Source of the DNA: Macrostomum lignano
Taxonomy: Eukaryota
NCBI GenBank assembly: GCA_002269645.1
Contig: NIVC01002998.1
Location: forward strand, 1 to 64,000
Direction of reading: 5' to 3'
DNA: 64,000 bases
The translations under genes were made by a program, and so were the position numbers. This document shows, piece by piece, positions 49,301-60,270 of this stretch; within the stretch, counting starts at the first letter, position 1, and each line of letters begins with the position of its first letter. Below the pieces are notes generated by a model. The model saw nothing but the letters and a program-made list of their open reading frames with translations, was not told the DNA's origin and searched no databases.

Positions 49301-51654
49301 CATCTAGGTGGTCTTCCTAAATATGAGTATCCAGGAAGAGGTTGTGGCCTAGCTACTCAATACTGTTTAATTCTCGCAACCAATCAAGGTACGAGTCTGT
49401 CATCCAGCTAGCTCTATTCGCTATGTACATCGTGGTGATGACTTTCAACAATCGAATCGACGCTGCAATCTCCAAGCGCTATCCCCGGCTAGGCACGGGG
49501 GGCGCGCAGCGATTCTACGACCAGAGCAGGCAGCAGACGGACTACTCACGTCGGGTGATGGACGACGACGAGCTGGCTGAGACGGTTGCCGGGCAGCAGC
49601 AACAGCAGCAAATTGAAATCTGGACGATTGAGACTGGCGGCAGACCGCAGGTGCTCGCTGACAGTCAAGACGAGGAAGAGCCAGATGTGGTTTGTGAGTT
49701 TGAGTTGGTTTGTTCTTGTCCAAAATATTGATGCTAGTACTTTTTGTACACAAGCCTCTAATGAATGTGGTTGCTTACGGAATTGTAAAATGTCGGAATG
49801 AGTGACTTGGGTGTCTGTCTGTCTCTCGACACTGTCATTTCTTGCGTTCAATCCCGTGTATGATCTAGTTACCTTGGATTTGTACTTCTCCAAGGTGCTC
49901 AACTGGGTTGTCACAGGTGCTCAACTGGGTTGTTACAGGTGCTCAACTGGGTTGTCACAGGTGCTTAACTGGGTTGTCACAGGTGCTCAACTGGGTTGTC
50001 ACAGCTGCTCAACTGGGTTGTCACAGGTGCTCAACTGGGTTGTCACAGGTGCTCAACTGGGTTGTCACAGGTTCTCAACTGGGTTTTCACAGGTGCTCAA
50101 CTGGGTTGTCACAAGTGCTCAACTGGGTGTTGTCCTTCTCGCATGTGACGGACCAACGTCCAATGTAGGTAGACGGCTGCTTTACACCCTGTCTGAGTGC
50201 CTAAGTATCCGCCTGCGTGTCCGTGATCGGGGGTCACTACTTGACTCCTCGCTTGATGTGGGTGGGTCCAAGCTCGATTGAAAGCAACTGCCGCTAAAAT
50301 TATCAATGCATATCAATAAAGATGTCGATCTGAAACCTCCATGCGCACGCACCCACCGACAGTAGTCAACCAAGGCCCCGAGTCGCCATTCCAACCGCCA
50401 GTCGGGCTGCTCCGACGGGTTTACTGGTTAATCGGGTTGCCATGGACAACGGCATTCTATTTAACCATACCGGACTGTCGGAAACCCGGCATCTGGCGCC
50501 GGCTGTTTGTCCTCACCTTCCTAGCCAGCGTGCTGTGGGTCTCGGGCCTGATCTACTTGCTGGTGTGGATGGTCTGTGCCGTGGGCGACGCCATGGGCAT
50601 CCCGGATACTGTGATGGGGCTGACGCTTCTGTCTATTGGCACCTGCATTCCGGACGCTCTGGCTGGGATTTTTGTGACTAGAAGTGGTGAGTTTTTGTTA
50701 AAATAATCTAAGATTAAAAGTCGTAGAATTTCATTCGGGTCTTTTCTTCCTAAAACTATGTTGCACAAATTTCATTTGGTGTGGTGCCATCTAATTTGAT
50801 GAGGTGCCATTTCATTTGGTGTGGTGCCATTTTATTTGATGAGGCGCCATTTCATTTGATTAACAAAAAATGAAACGATTGCTCATACTCTGTTTTGCAC
50901 AAGACATTGAAGTACAAACAGTTGAAATGTCTAAGATAAAATTGCGAAAATGGGTCTGGCACAAAATTTGCGTCGAACTCCCAACTTAGGGCGACTTGGA
51001 GGACGACATATTGACAGCCTTCATTCCATCGAGCTTTAGAGGTTATTTGACCTTTTATGACTGTTCGTAGTTGTTAACCATTGTCCTTGGTTTTTCTTCA
51101 CTAGCTCAAACCATGACACCATGAACGCTAGGCCACTCTTGTGACATCTCGTGACGCAACCAGCTCTGAGGCAATTCTGCTGAGATACTCTCACACGGGG
51201 TGTACATTGGCGCTGACTTTCTAATCGTCAGGCATGTGCACTCTCTGTGCCCTAGGGGGGGGGGTAGGCCCTGATGCATGTGAAGGAAATCTAAAATTCA
51301 CCTACCGATTCGTGTGCAGGTCTGGCAGACATGGCCATCGCTAACAGCATCGCCAGCAACGTGTTCGACATCACGGCTTGCCTCGGCCTGCCCTGGTTCA
51401 TCAGCACGGCCCTGCTGAACCCCGGCAGCACAGTCACCATCAGCTCCAGCGGTCTGACCTACACGGCTATCACTTTGCTGGTTACTATCGTGTTCCTTCT
51501 AGTAGCAACACATGCCAATCGAATGAGGGTAGATAAGAAATTAGGATTCATCTTCTTGTTTGTTTATGTTGCCATAGTGACCGCTGCGTGTTTGTACGAG
51601 ACTAACGTTTTTGGATCGTTCAATCCGGAGCCCTGCCCAAGACAAAGACTTTAG
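46333..51654 (+). CDS. SLC24A: K+-dependent Na+/Ca2+ exchanger (SLC24/NCKX3-5-like), paralogue A, 6 exons, ~551 aa
   Basis: Exons: 46333-46498, 47180-47416, 48046-48334, 49389-49693, 50363-50686, 51320-51654 (1656 nt, phases fit). N-terminal hydrophobic segment; YPPDLFT; alpha1 DVAGATFMAAGSSAPE..TIVGSAIFN; alpha2 MGLTLLSIGTCIPD..DMAIANSIASNVFDI..GLPW. The exon 4/5 boundary in the cytosolic loop is less certain. Confidence 0.92.
46570..47125. repeat. 23-bp minisatellite (ggggtgtccgtgtctaacaggta)n, NCKX-A intron 1
   Basis: About 23 units. Confidence 0.96.
47420..47970. repeat. 22-bp minisatellite (ctcaactgggttgtcacaggtg)n, NCKX-A intron 2
   Basis: About 24 units. Confidence 0.96.
48545..48800 (-). 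mobile_element. tRNA-derived SINE with CORE-like domain
   Basis: Minus strand: A box tagcctagtgg, B box ggttcgatccc, then tgtgtccttgaataagacacttaac, which resembles the CORE/MIR consensus tgtgaccttgggcaagtcacttaac. The 3' boundary is approximate. Confidence 0.7.
48810..49002. repeat. 12-bp minisatellite (ctccctgtcaca)n
   Basis: Tandem units that resume at ~49240-49285 after a LINE fragment. Confidence 0.9.
49003..49232 (-). mobile_element. 5'-truncated copy (3' ~230 bp) of the LINE at 52158-58051
   Basis: Reverse complement of ~57827-58051, including the (taagtcaag)n tail, with several substitutions. Confidence 0.92.
49890..50130. repeat. Second array of the 22-bp (ctcaactgggttgtcacaggtg)n unit, NCKX-A intron 4
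   Basis: Same unit as 47420-47970. Confidence 0.95.
50765..50935 (+). repeat. Dispersed repeat: 20-bp (gccatttcatttgatgaggt)n plus unique tail, copy 1
   Basis: The tail attaacaaaaa..aaacgattgctcatactctgttttgcacaagacattga..aaatgtctaag is shared with 58215-58526. Confidence 0.85.
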
Positions 51655-51922
51655 CTAAAAGCAACCTAATTGCATACGTACTACGAGCTACTTACAAGTA
51701 ATAAGAAACGAATACCACATTTGCCGATATTATTAGAAGGTAGTTGATTTTTTGAAAGTACGAGTACAAAGCGCTGTCACGCTAAAATATTGAATAAATC
51801 GAAAATACGATTATAATCAGTTGATTTCCTAATTTGAGTAAAGCTTCTTATTTTTATCTGTAAAATGACTGTACTAACATACAAACGATGAGAGAGATTA
51901 AATAAAAAAATTCATTCATAAT

Positions 51923-52157
51923 GGTTGGCCGTGGCCCAGTGGTCTGGCGTGGCGCTCTCGTGTGCCAGCGGCCCAAGCTCGATTCCAAGTGCAGTCACGT
52001 TAATTTTGAAGGCTAAATTGGAATCTCGGCTTGGCTCTGCTCGTGAAATTAACGGCCTTGAAGGCCAACCCCCCAAGGCGCAGTGAAGTGTACATGCCTA
52101 ACGATAAATAAAGTTAGGGCCGCTGTACACTCCTGTGTGAGTGTGTGCCTGTACGTA
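51923..52157 (+). mobile_element. tRNA-derived SINE, copy 1, interrupted by a LINE (continues from 58065)
   Basis: A box tggcccagtgg at 51932-51942 and B-box-like agctcgattcc at 51976-51986. Body is homologous to 63750-64000. The continuation cgtacgtatccgcgcgcttgt lies after the LINE. Confidence 0.85.
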
Positions 52158-52673
52158 GCACGCGAAGGCGTATTCAGCATGCCAGTGAAGTATGAGACAG
52201 ACTAGGCCCATGGGCTAAGGTCTGCGATGCTTCACGCCTGCCCCTATCTTCAGCAGGTCAAGGCTGGTGGGAGGTCTGCACCCTCTATTTGCCTCTGGCA
52301 GCCGCAGACCCCCCCACGCTGTCTCGCAAGTCGACCCAGGGTACTCGTCCCCGCGTGTGTTCAAGGCAGTCCCTAGGGCTGCTGGACAGACTGGGCTCCG
52401 GCGCTGGCGACCCTATCCAGTGGCTTCGGCCGAATTTGGGTATGCGGGTCTGGCTCGCCAACCTGCAGGCCGTGGTACTGCTCAACGTACTCTCTAATGC
52501 CTAAGGTGTTGACCGTGCCGATGGGCTGGAAGGCCGAGGAGTAGTCCGGTCGCAAGCGGTACCCCTCCTGGTGTCGGGCCAGCCTTGAGGGTGCTATTGG
52601 CCTACTGCCCGGTCAGGTGGAGCGGCCGGGTGGGTACCGCGCCCCTTTGAGGGTAGCCCACCAACCTTTTATC

Positions 52674-54180
52674 ATGGCCTTCGAGCCGATTATAGATAAC
52701 AAAGCTTTTTCTAGGGACGGGGACCCTTCTAAACCCCAACCTCAGTCCGAAGGACCGACCGGCCCTGCTGGCAGATCCCAACCGACTGATTCAACTGTGG
52801 CAAAGGAAGGACCGGCTGGCTCTGCTGGCAGATCCGACCAGAGCTACCAAACTCAAAATACCCAAAGACCTGCCAGCTCCGCTGGTGGATCTAAGGGAAC
52901 CGCGAGCTCTGAGCCTAAAGGACCGGCCAAATCTGGCAGATCCGATGAAGCTCAGCGGGCTCGGCTTGAGCGCAAACGCGCTAAACAACGCGCCAAAAGG
53001 CAGGCCAAGAAGGGAGCTGCGGGGGCCAAAGCGGCGGCGTCCACCATGGATGCTGAAGCGACTGGCGTCCCAAGGCAACCAGACGGGCCGGCCGGTGGAA
53101 GCTCCGGTAGTTCAGCGGCGGCGCTCCCTGGAGATGCTGCTGCGGCTGCTGAGGCCGAAACCACGGCGCAACAAATGACCACTGCCAACAAGGAGGTTCC
53201 TTCGGGAGCTACCTTTGCGGCGAAGGCCAAGGCCAAAATCCCGGGAGTGATCATCCAAGGTCGCGACCAGGACTGGACCACTGATCAGCTTCAAAAAGTG
53301 TGGAGTGCTGTTGACTCCTATCTGATTGAGCTGACTGTCGAGGAGGGAATCTCCATCGGCATTGAGCGGATGGTGCTGCGAAGCACATTCGTTCTTATTG
53401 CTCCTAGCAGCGAGGAGGACGCTCGGCAGCTGCTCCAGCGGCTACCGACGGTCTCCTTGGATGCTGACCTTGGCGGAGCTCTTTTTCTTCGCGAGGGCCA
53501 GCGTCCAAAGACGATACCCTATGTGGTTTTCGTCCCTGCTAAGAGCACCGCAGCTGGACCAGACGTTATTCGCCGGGTCCTACTGCGTCTGAACCCCGAC
53601 CTCCCTGCTAGTGGACTGGTGTATCACCGTAAAGTCCGCAGGGGGGAGACGGGCAACTCAATTGTCCTCGGCCTTTCCAGCACTTGGGCGAGTCGGTACC
53701 CTAATGGATCCTCTTTCCAGCTGGGTGCCCTCAAGCTCAAGATGCGCCGAGGAAAGTCTGCCAAAGGGAAGGCTACTGCCAACCCCGGCATCTCCGGCAA
53801 GAGCGGGGCGCAGTCTAAGGCCCAAGGAAAGGCGCAAGCCGATCCCAAAGCCGAAGCTGCATCTCGCCCCTCTGCTAGCAGCAGTTCGGCGACCGAGGTA
53901 ACGGCTCCGGCCAAGCCCCGGGAACCAAACCTGCCAGTCGGAGAAGGAGTTGAGGACGAGGCCGGGTCTTCGGAATCCGAGCTCTCCTCGGCCACCCTGG
54001 TGGGGTCTGAAGGTAAAGATGCAGGTGAGGAAGCTTCCTCCATCCTGTCATCGGAGCCTGAGGACTCTGCTGGGGGGGGGCGGTGGGGGTGAGGAGGCCA
54101 TGGACGTCGACCAACTCCCATCTCCCAGCCAAGCCCCAGCGGCCTGGGACGAGGACGATCTGTTGTCCAAGTCTCCTTGA
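52674..54180 (+). CDS. LINE ORF1 (gag-like, no CCHC knuckle seen); frameshift in the G run at ~54071
   Basis: ATG at 52674 (MAFEPIIDNK). Low-complexity ends flank a central globular region IIQGRDQDWT..RVLLRLNPDLPASG..SFQLG. The frame ends at 54092, or at 54180 if the G-run shift is corrected. Confidence 0.75.
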
Positions 54181-54219
54181 TGGCCCTGGGCTCTAGCCAG
54201 AAATTGCATTTAATACAGT

Positions 54220-57200
54220 ATGACTAAGCTCCACGCTGCCAAAGGAGCGACATTCTGTCTGCAAATTAATTTACAGCATTGCGTATCTGCGTCAGTAAAT
54301 CTGATGAAGATTGCTGAGCTGTACAGGCCAGGCCTCATCCTGATCCAGGAACCCTGGATGCGCAACGGTAAGTTGCCCAACATTCCCTCTGGCTACTCTG
54401 ATTTTTATGTGTGTGGCCCGGGGAACAGCCGCCCTAGAGCGGCTATCCTCGCTGCTAGCCATCTCCAGGCTTGGCTGAGGACTGATCTCTCTGATGGAGA
54501 CCTTTGCGTCATCCAATCTAATCATTTCTCTCCGCGTACGTGTCTTGTTGCCTCGGTTTATATCCAAGGCGACAGAGACCCTGCTCCTGAGAGTTTACTG
54601 CGCCTCGCGCAGTACTGCGAGTCCCAGAACGCTGAGCTGTGCTTAGGGGGACCTCAACGCGCACCACAAGCACTGGGGCAGCAAAGATACCAACACTAGA
54701 GGAGAGGAGCTTCTGGCCCTCATCTCCAACACAAACCTCATGCTCTGCAACCGCGGCAGCACTCCTACCTTTAATAATGGCAGATGGACCGAGGTCCTCG
54801 ACGCCACACTCGTTACCCCAAGACTCTTTGACAGAGTTGAGGAGTGGAGAGTCTGGTCTGAGGAGCCCTCCCTGTCTGACCACTGCTTTATCGCCTTTAA
54901 CATCGCGGACACTAAAACCCAGTCTCCGATCACTTGGAGACGCAATATCCGCAACACTGATTGGGCGGCCTACAAGGCTGCCCTTGATCTGCACCTGCAG
55001 GAACTCACGGACTTACGTCCGATTGAGACCTGCGAGGATGTGGATCATATGGCTGAGACGCTGACAGGTTGCATTATTGAAGCATACGAAGCGGCTTGTC
55101 CTGCTCGCGCCTACAAAGGCAAGACCTCGGCGCCGTGGTGGAACCCGGATCTGGGGAAACTCAGGCGGAAGGCCAAAAGCCTTCATCGCCGTGCCATGAA
55201 GACCGGAAACCCGGAGGACATGGAGCTTTTCCGGCAAGCCTCCCGCAATTTCAAATCTGAAGTGCGCAAGGCCAAGGAATGTAAGTGGCGCCAATTCTGC
55301 AATGAATTGGATCAAGACAGACCTACTTCTAGGCTTGTCAAGGCCCTTACAATGGACAAAATGTCCAAATTAGCCATGATCAAAAAAGATGATGGCTCTC
55401 TTACTAAAGACCCTGAAGAAGTGCTTCAGCATATGCTTAGCACATTCTTCCCGAGGGTACCTACTGCTAGACCGGAGCCCAACCATTCGATGGATGGAGC
55501 CACCCTAGCGGCGGGCATGTTACTGAAGACCTAATCGCTCGTGCGGTCAGAACCTTCAAACCCTTCAAATCTCCTGGACCTGATGGTATCTACCCTGTTC
55601 TCCTTCGTGAAGCAGCCAAGATACCCTCGTTCCTGAGACTCACCCGCAATCTTATGCGGGCCTCTATCCAGCTGGGATACGTTCCCAAATGCTGGACTGA
55701 AGCTCGGGTAGTCTTTATTCCCAAACCTGGGAAGGGTGACTACCAAAGCGTCAAGGCCTTCCGGCCTATTAGCTTAACGTCAGCAATGCTTAAGCTCACT
55801 GAGAGGCTTATTCTCTGGCGGCTGCTGTCCTGCGAGCTGACAGCGATGCCCCTCAGCAATAATCAGCACGCCTTCCGTACCGGGAGGTCGACTGACAGCG
55901 CCCTGCATGCGATTGTCGAGAAGATTGAAAGGGCGGTACTGGGTGACGGTTACGCTCTGGCTCTCTTTCTTGACATTGTTGGCGCCTTCGACAACGTTAT
56001 CTTTGAAGCGTTTCAGAGGGCCCTTCAAAATCGCAAAGCTCATGCTACCCTCATACGGTGGATCATGTACATGATCTCCAACCGTACGGTCACTGCCCAA
56101 CTTCTTGGGCAAACTGCCTCCACCAGAGTATGTAAGGGTGGACCCCAAGGCGGAGTCCTCACCCCGACGCTCTGGAACCTGGTCATGGACGCTCTTTTGA
56201 GTGACTCCCGACCCGACCCCGTCTTCAAAGTCGGGTATGCTGATGACGTCACGGCCATTGTGGCAGGACCGTCTCCCAGCACGCTCAGGGATCTGATGCA
56301 GAGCTTTATCCGCAAAGCAGAATCCTGGGCCAATGACAATGGTCTGGAACTCTCTGAGCCCAAAACCGTTGCCATTATGTTTACCAGCAGACTACGCTGG
56401 AACATACGTCCTCTGCAGCTCTACGGCAGAGATATTGCCTTCGCGCACCAGACCAGATGTCTCGGGGTCATACTTGACCACCGGCTCAACTGGTCCTCCA
56501 CGTGAAAGCAAAAGTCAAGCGTGCCTCAGCCATCCTGGCCCAGCTCCGACGAGCACTTGGCACTTCTTGGGGTCTATCCCCAAAGCGGCTTTGGTGGATC
56601 TATACTTCCGTAGTTAGACCTGCCATTACGTACGCCTCTGTTGTCTGGGTTAGCGCTACCCAGGTCAAAAGCCATGCAGACCTGCTCAACACGATCCAAG
56701 GCAGAGCGTGTAGGCTCATCTGCAACGCCACCAGGTCCACGCCCTTTGCTGGCATGGGGGCCTTCCTTAATCTTCCGCCTCTTGACCTCTTCATCAGGGG
56801 TGAGGCGGCTAGAACGACGCGGCGTCTAATTGATGCCGGCGTCAAATTCATTTACATGAGAGCACCTGCTAAGCGGAACCTTGTCCCGCATAGCGATCTG
56901 TGCCTCAATTTCTCAACGAGTGTCAGGCCAATCGCGTCTTCACCGATGGCATTGCCTCAACGCTCAACCTGAGACAGCGCTACTCCGTAGCTATCGACTC
57001 GCGCGATAACATCAATGACCAATGGAACCCTGGTGAGCTTCATTGCTACACCGACGGTTCTAAGCAGTCAGCCAACACCGGCTTTGGTGTTGGAATCTTT
57101 CTGAACGGGAGGGTCATCGCTACCCACGCTCAATACACTGGGGTCAACTCCAGTGTTTTCCAAAATGAAGTTCTGGCCATCAGCTCCTGCACTGCAGAGC

Positions 57201-57955
57201 TTCTCGCCACTGGCGTTACTGGTAAGAACATCATTTTCCATTCGGACAGCCAAGCTGCCTTGCACGCCATCAGTGGCTGCAGCACCAACTCTGCTACAGT
57301 CCTCGACTGTATCAAACTCCTCAACGTGTTGGGTTCCGCCAACAAAATTACCCTTAAGTGGGTTCCGGGGCATGTGGGGATCCGAGGAAATGAGTTGGCT
57401 GACACCCTTGCAAAAGTTGGTGCCTCCGGCTCCTCTCTCGGCCCCGAACCTCTTGTCCCGATTCCTGGCTGTGTCATCGACTCGCGCATCAAAGCGTGGA
57501 TCAGGACTCAGCACCGCTCGACTTGGGCGAACCGCACGAACTGCAGGCAATCCAGAGGCGCTGTCCATCAGCCCTCTCACCAGCTCCAGAAGCTCCTCTT
57601 GCGCCTCTCGCGCAGAGACATCCGGGCTGCCACCATGACCCTCTCTGGTCACGGCTGCTTCTCCAGGCACCAGTACCTGCAGGGCAACGCCACCAACGCC
57701 ACCTGTAGTTTCTGCAACTCAGGTGACGAAACCGCTGAGCATTTCGTCAGCATCTGTCCCGCCTTCACGCGGGCCAGACTCACTTACCTCGGGCCACACA
57801 CATCTATTACTGAAGCGTGCAAACCCGAAAACTTTAATCAGCTCATGCGCTACCTTCGGGCCACCCGCAGGGCTGAACTCTCCTTTCCAGAGAGCACCAT
57901 AGCTGCTGGCGACACTGGGGGACCTCCCTGGGCGGCGCCAACCCTCCGTCCATAG
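54220..57955 (+). CDS. LINE ORF2: AP endonuclease, reverse transcriptase, RNase H, C-terminal zinc motif; four single-base frameshifts
   Basis: QINLQH, LIQEP, GDLNAHH, SDH (APE). KSPGPDG, FRPISL, QHAFR, LDIVGAFD, GGPQGGVL, YADD, LGVILD (RT). YTDGSK, FQNEVLAI, SDSQAAL, WVPGHVGIRGNELAD (RNase H). CSFC..ETAEHF..CP. Shifts at ~54648, ~55517, ~56500 and ~56908. Confidence 0.93.
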
Positions 57956-58214
57956 CGACGCGTCGGCCGTTCAGGGACTAGCGGAATGGGTGCCCGCGCC
58001 TTCCCGTTGTGTCCCCTCCGGGACAGCCCTGCAGCTAAGTCAAGTAAGTCAGTGCCTGTACGTATGACTGCGTACGTATCCGCGCGCTTGTGTGCCTGCT
58101 CAGGGGAGTCGGCGGGATACAGGCAGTATCTGTTAAGTGCAAGTTCCAAACTTGCTGCTTTTGCATAGGATTGCAAAGGATTCCGTCTTGAAGTTTTTAT
58201 CGTTAAAGAAATTC

Positions 58215-58526
58215 CGCCATTTCATTTTAGAGGCGCCATTCATTCATTTAATGAGGTGCCATTTCATTTGATGAGGTGCCATTTCATTTGATGAGGTGCC
58301 ATTTCATTTGATGTAGTACCATTTCATTTGATGTGGTGCCATTTCATTTGATGAGGTGCCATTTCACTTGATGAGGTGCCATCTAATTTGATGAGGTGCC
58401 ATTTCATTTGATGAGGCGCCATTCCATTTCATGAGGCGCCATTTCATTTGATTAACAAAAATTAAACGATTGCTCATACTCTGTTTTGCACAAGACATTG
58501 AATTACAAACAGTTAAAATGTCTAAG
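58215..58526 (+). repeat. Dispersed repeat: 20-bp (gccatttcatttgatgaggt)n plus unique tail, copy 2
   Basis: About 11 units plus the tail shared with 50765-50935. Confidence 0.88.
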
Positions 58527-58826
58527 CACCAGCTTAAGTTATTAGTCAAATACAAACGAAGCCCCTACCCTCTGCCAAATCAATTCGATATCTTCTTCAG
58601 TGTTTCAAGCTTGTATAAGCCAGCCAAATATTCCGTTAATTGACTCAGAAACCAGATCTCCTCAGTTTTATTTAACCAGGCTTAACGGCTGGGAAACCAT
58701 GTGCCAGTTGAAATCTAATACACACCTTGTCAACATCCTACTGACTATAAATCTACCAAAGAGTGTCGATTTTCGAATCGTCTCTAATTCTCGTCCATTT
58801 ACAGATCCTTGAAAGTTCCATGGAAA

Positions 58827-59596
58827 ATGGTTTGTACTTTTGTTCTCGCATTCTTGCTGTTGCACAGCTCAACTGCCATAAAGCTCATAGGTGTTACCTA
58901 CATCGGTTGCTTCAAGGACGAATTTAGGAGTAGCAGAGACCTGGATGGTCTAAGAGGACTGCCTTCGGTTGGTAAATACCCAGTGCGCTCGTTTGGTGCA
59001 GTGAAGACTGAAAAAAATTCGCCAAAGTTTTGCACTCAAATCTGCTCAAGCATCGGATTCAAGTTTTTCGGATTGCAGAATACAGACGAGTGTTTCTGTG
59101 GAAACTACTTTGGGAGATATGGGCGGGAGCCGGAGCACAGGTGTAATCACAGATGCCCGGGCAATGTGACTGAAATCTGCGGCGATAATAATCGAAACTC
59201 CGTGTACCGCTTGAACTACCAATTCGGTGAGTGACCTGTTTTGAAGCTTCTGAGTCACTAGTCGCCCGAAGGCTTTTTGGCGACTACCTTTTAACGTATC
59301 GAATATGATCCAAACCTACAAAAACTTTGACAGAATCTACAGGCATCAATCAGTTTGTTAAGCAACTCGACAACCGCATCGATGAGCCAAAAAAACTTTT
59401 GTCCGAAGACCTGCTGCTACTTGCCGAGCGAACTGTCAGTGCTCATCGCCTGCTGCCGTGTGCCGCTAAGTGCTCAATTGTTGGCTGTCAAGTTGTCGTT
59501 TTTTCTGAGAAACAACGACGTTGCGGACTGTTTTGGAATGTTCAGGTTGTTAAAGATCGACGTTTGGTTGATTTAGAAGTCTTTGTTCGTGGCTAA
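58827..59596 (+). CDS. Secreted WSC + PAN/apple-like domain protein, paralogue 1 (2 exons)
   Basis: Exons 58827-59226 and 59334-59596 (phase 1, gtgagt/cag). Signal peptide MVCTFVLAFLLLHSSTA. WSC: YIGCFKD..C..IC....FKFFGLQ..ECFCGN..C...CPGN..EICG...RNSVY. Exon 2: CAAKC..GC..VVF...RRC. No TM segment. Confidence 0.88.
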
Positions 59597-60270
59597 AGAC
59601 TAACTGAAACCTGCTATCGTTCCATGGGAGTGTTAATTGAGCAAGCATTTACTGGTATACTAGCTGCTATTCAAAATATTCGCATTGCATCATGTGAAGT
59701 ATTTTACCCATGGAGAAATAAATATATCTCGATTCCCAGCAGTTTGAAATGAGTTGAGAAGAAAGTTGCAAAAGATTGACGTTTTTAAGCTCTTTGAGAC
59801 AGAAATTCACGAAGCTTTTAATTTTTTTTCACGGTTGCACCTACCTAGATTCTCTATACATTACCTGTATGGCATCCATCAGTGAGTTTCTTGTAAAAGC
59901 CCGCAAACATCAGCAGCATCCCCCATATACTTTTGGCAGTAAAAATTTGCTTGACTTCAAAGTTTCGATCGATTCAGCCTGAGCGACAAAATTCAGTCGA
60001 TATTGGTGTGGACTCAGCAATGAAACTGTATTCCTTGCGTAGAAAACTTTTAGGATCTTTTTCTAACTTCCTTTTCGACATCCTTTTGTATGCCAATCGA
60101 AGGAAGCTGTGACTACGGTGCGACGCCTAGTAAATAGTGAGAATATGGATAAATAGACGCATTGCGACAGATTTGGGCGAGAGTTTGAAAGGGAAGCCAT
60201 ATCAAAATACTAGCTGTATGCAGAGTTTCTTCTCAAGCTGGTATTCAGTTTAATCGTCCCAAAGTTAGGC

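Larger units (their letters stand above)
52158..58051 (+). mobile_element. Full-length non-LTR retrotransposon (I-group, R1/LOA-like), 5.9 kb
   Basis: 13-bp TSD gtgcctgtacgta (52145-52157, 58052-58064). ~515-nt 5' UTR, ORF1, ORF2 (APE-RT-RNase H-Zn motif), and 3' tail taagtcaagtaagtca. Confidence 0.95.

Noticed and set aside
52378-52465. HDV-like ribozyme fit (P1 gctgga/tccagt, GG, UUCG hairpin, cgaa)
   Set aside because: L3 would be ~15 nt and the P2 partner lies ~12 nt too far downstream, so it is not supportable by eye. Kept only as a structured-UTR finding.
52791-58176. Many antisense and alternate-frame ORFs over the LINE
   Set aside because: Shadows of GC-rich coding sequence with no independent motifs.
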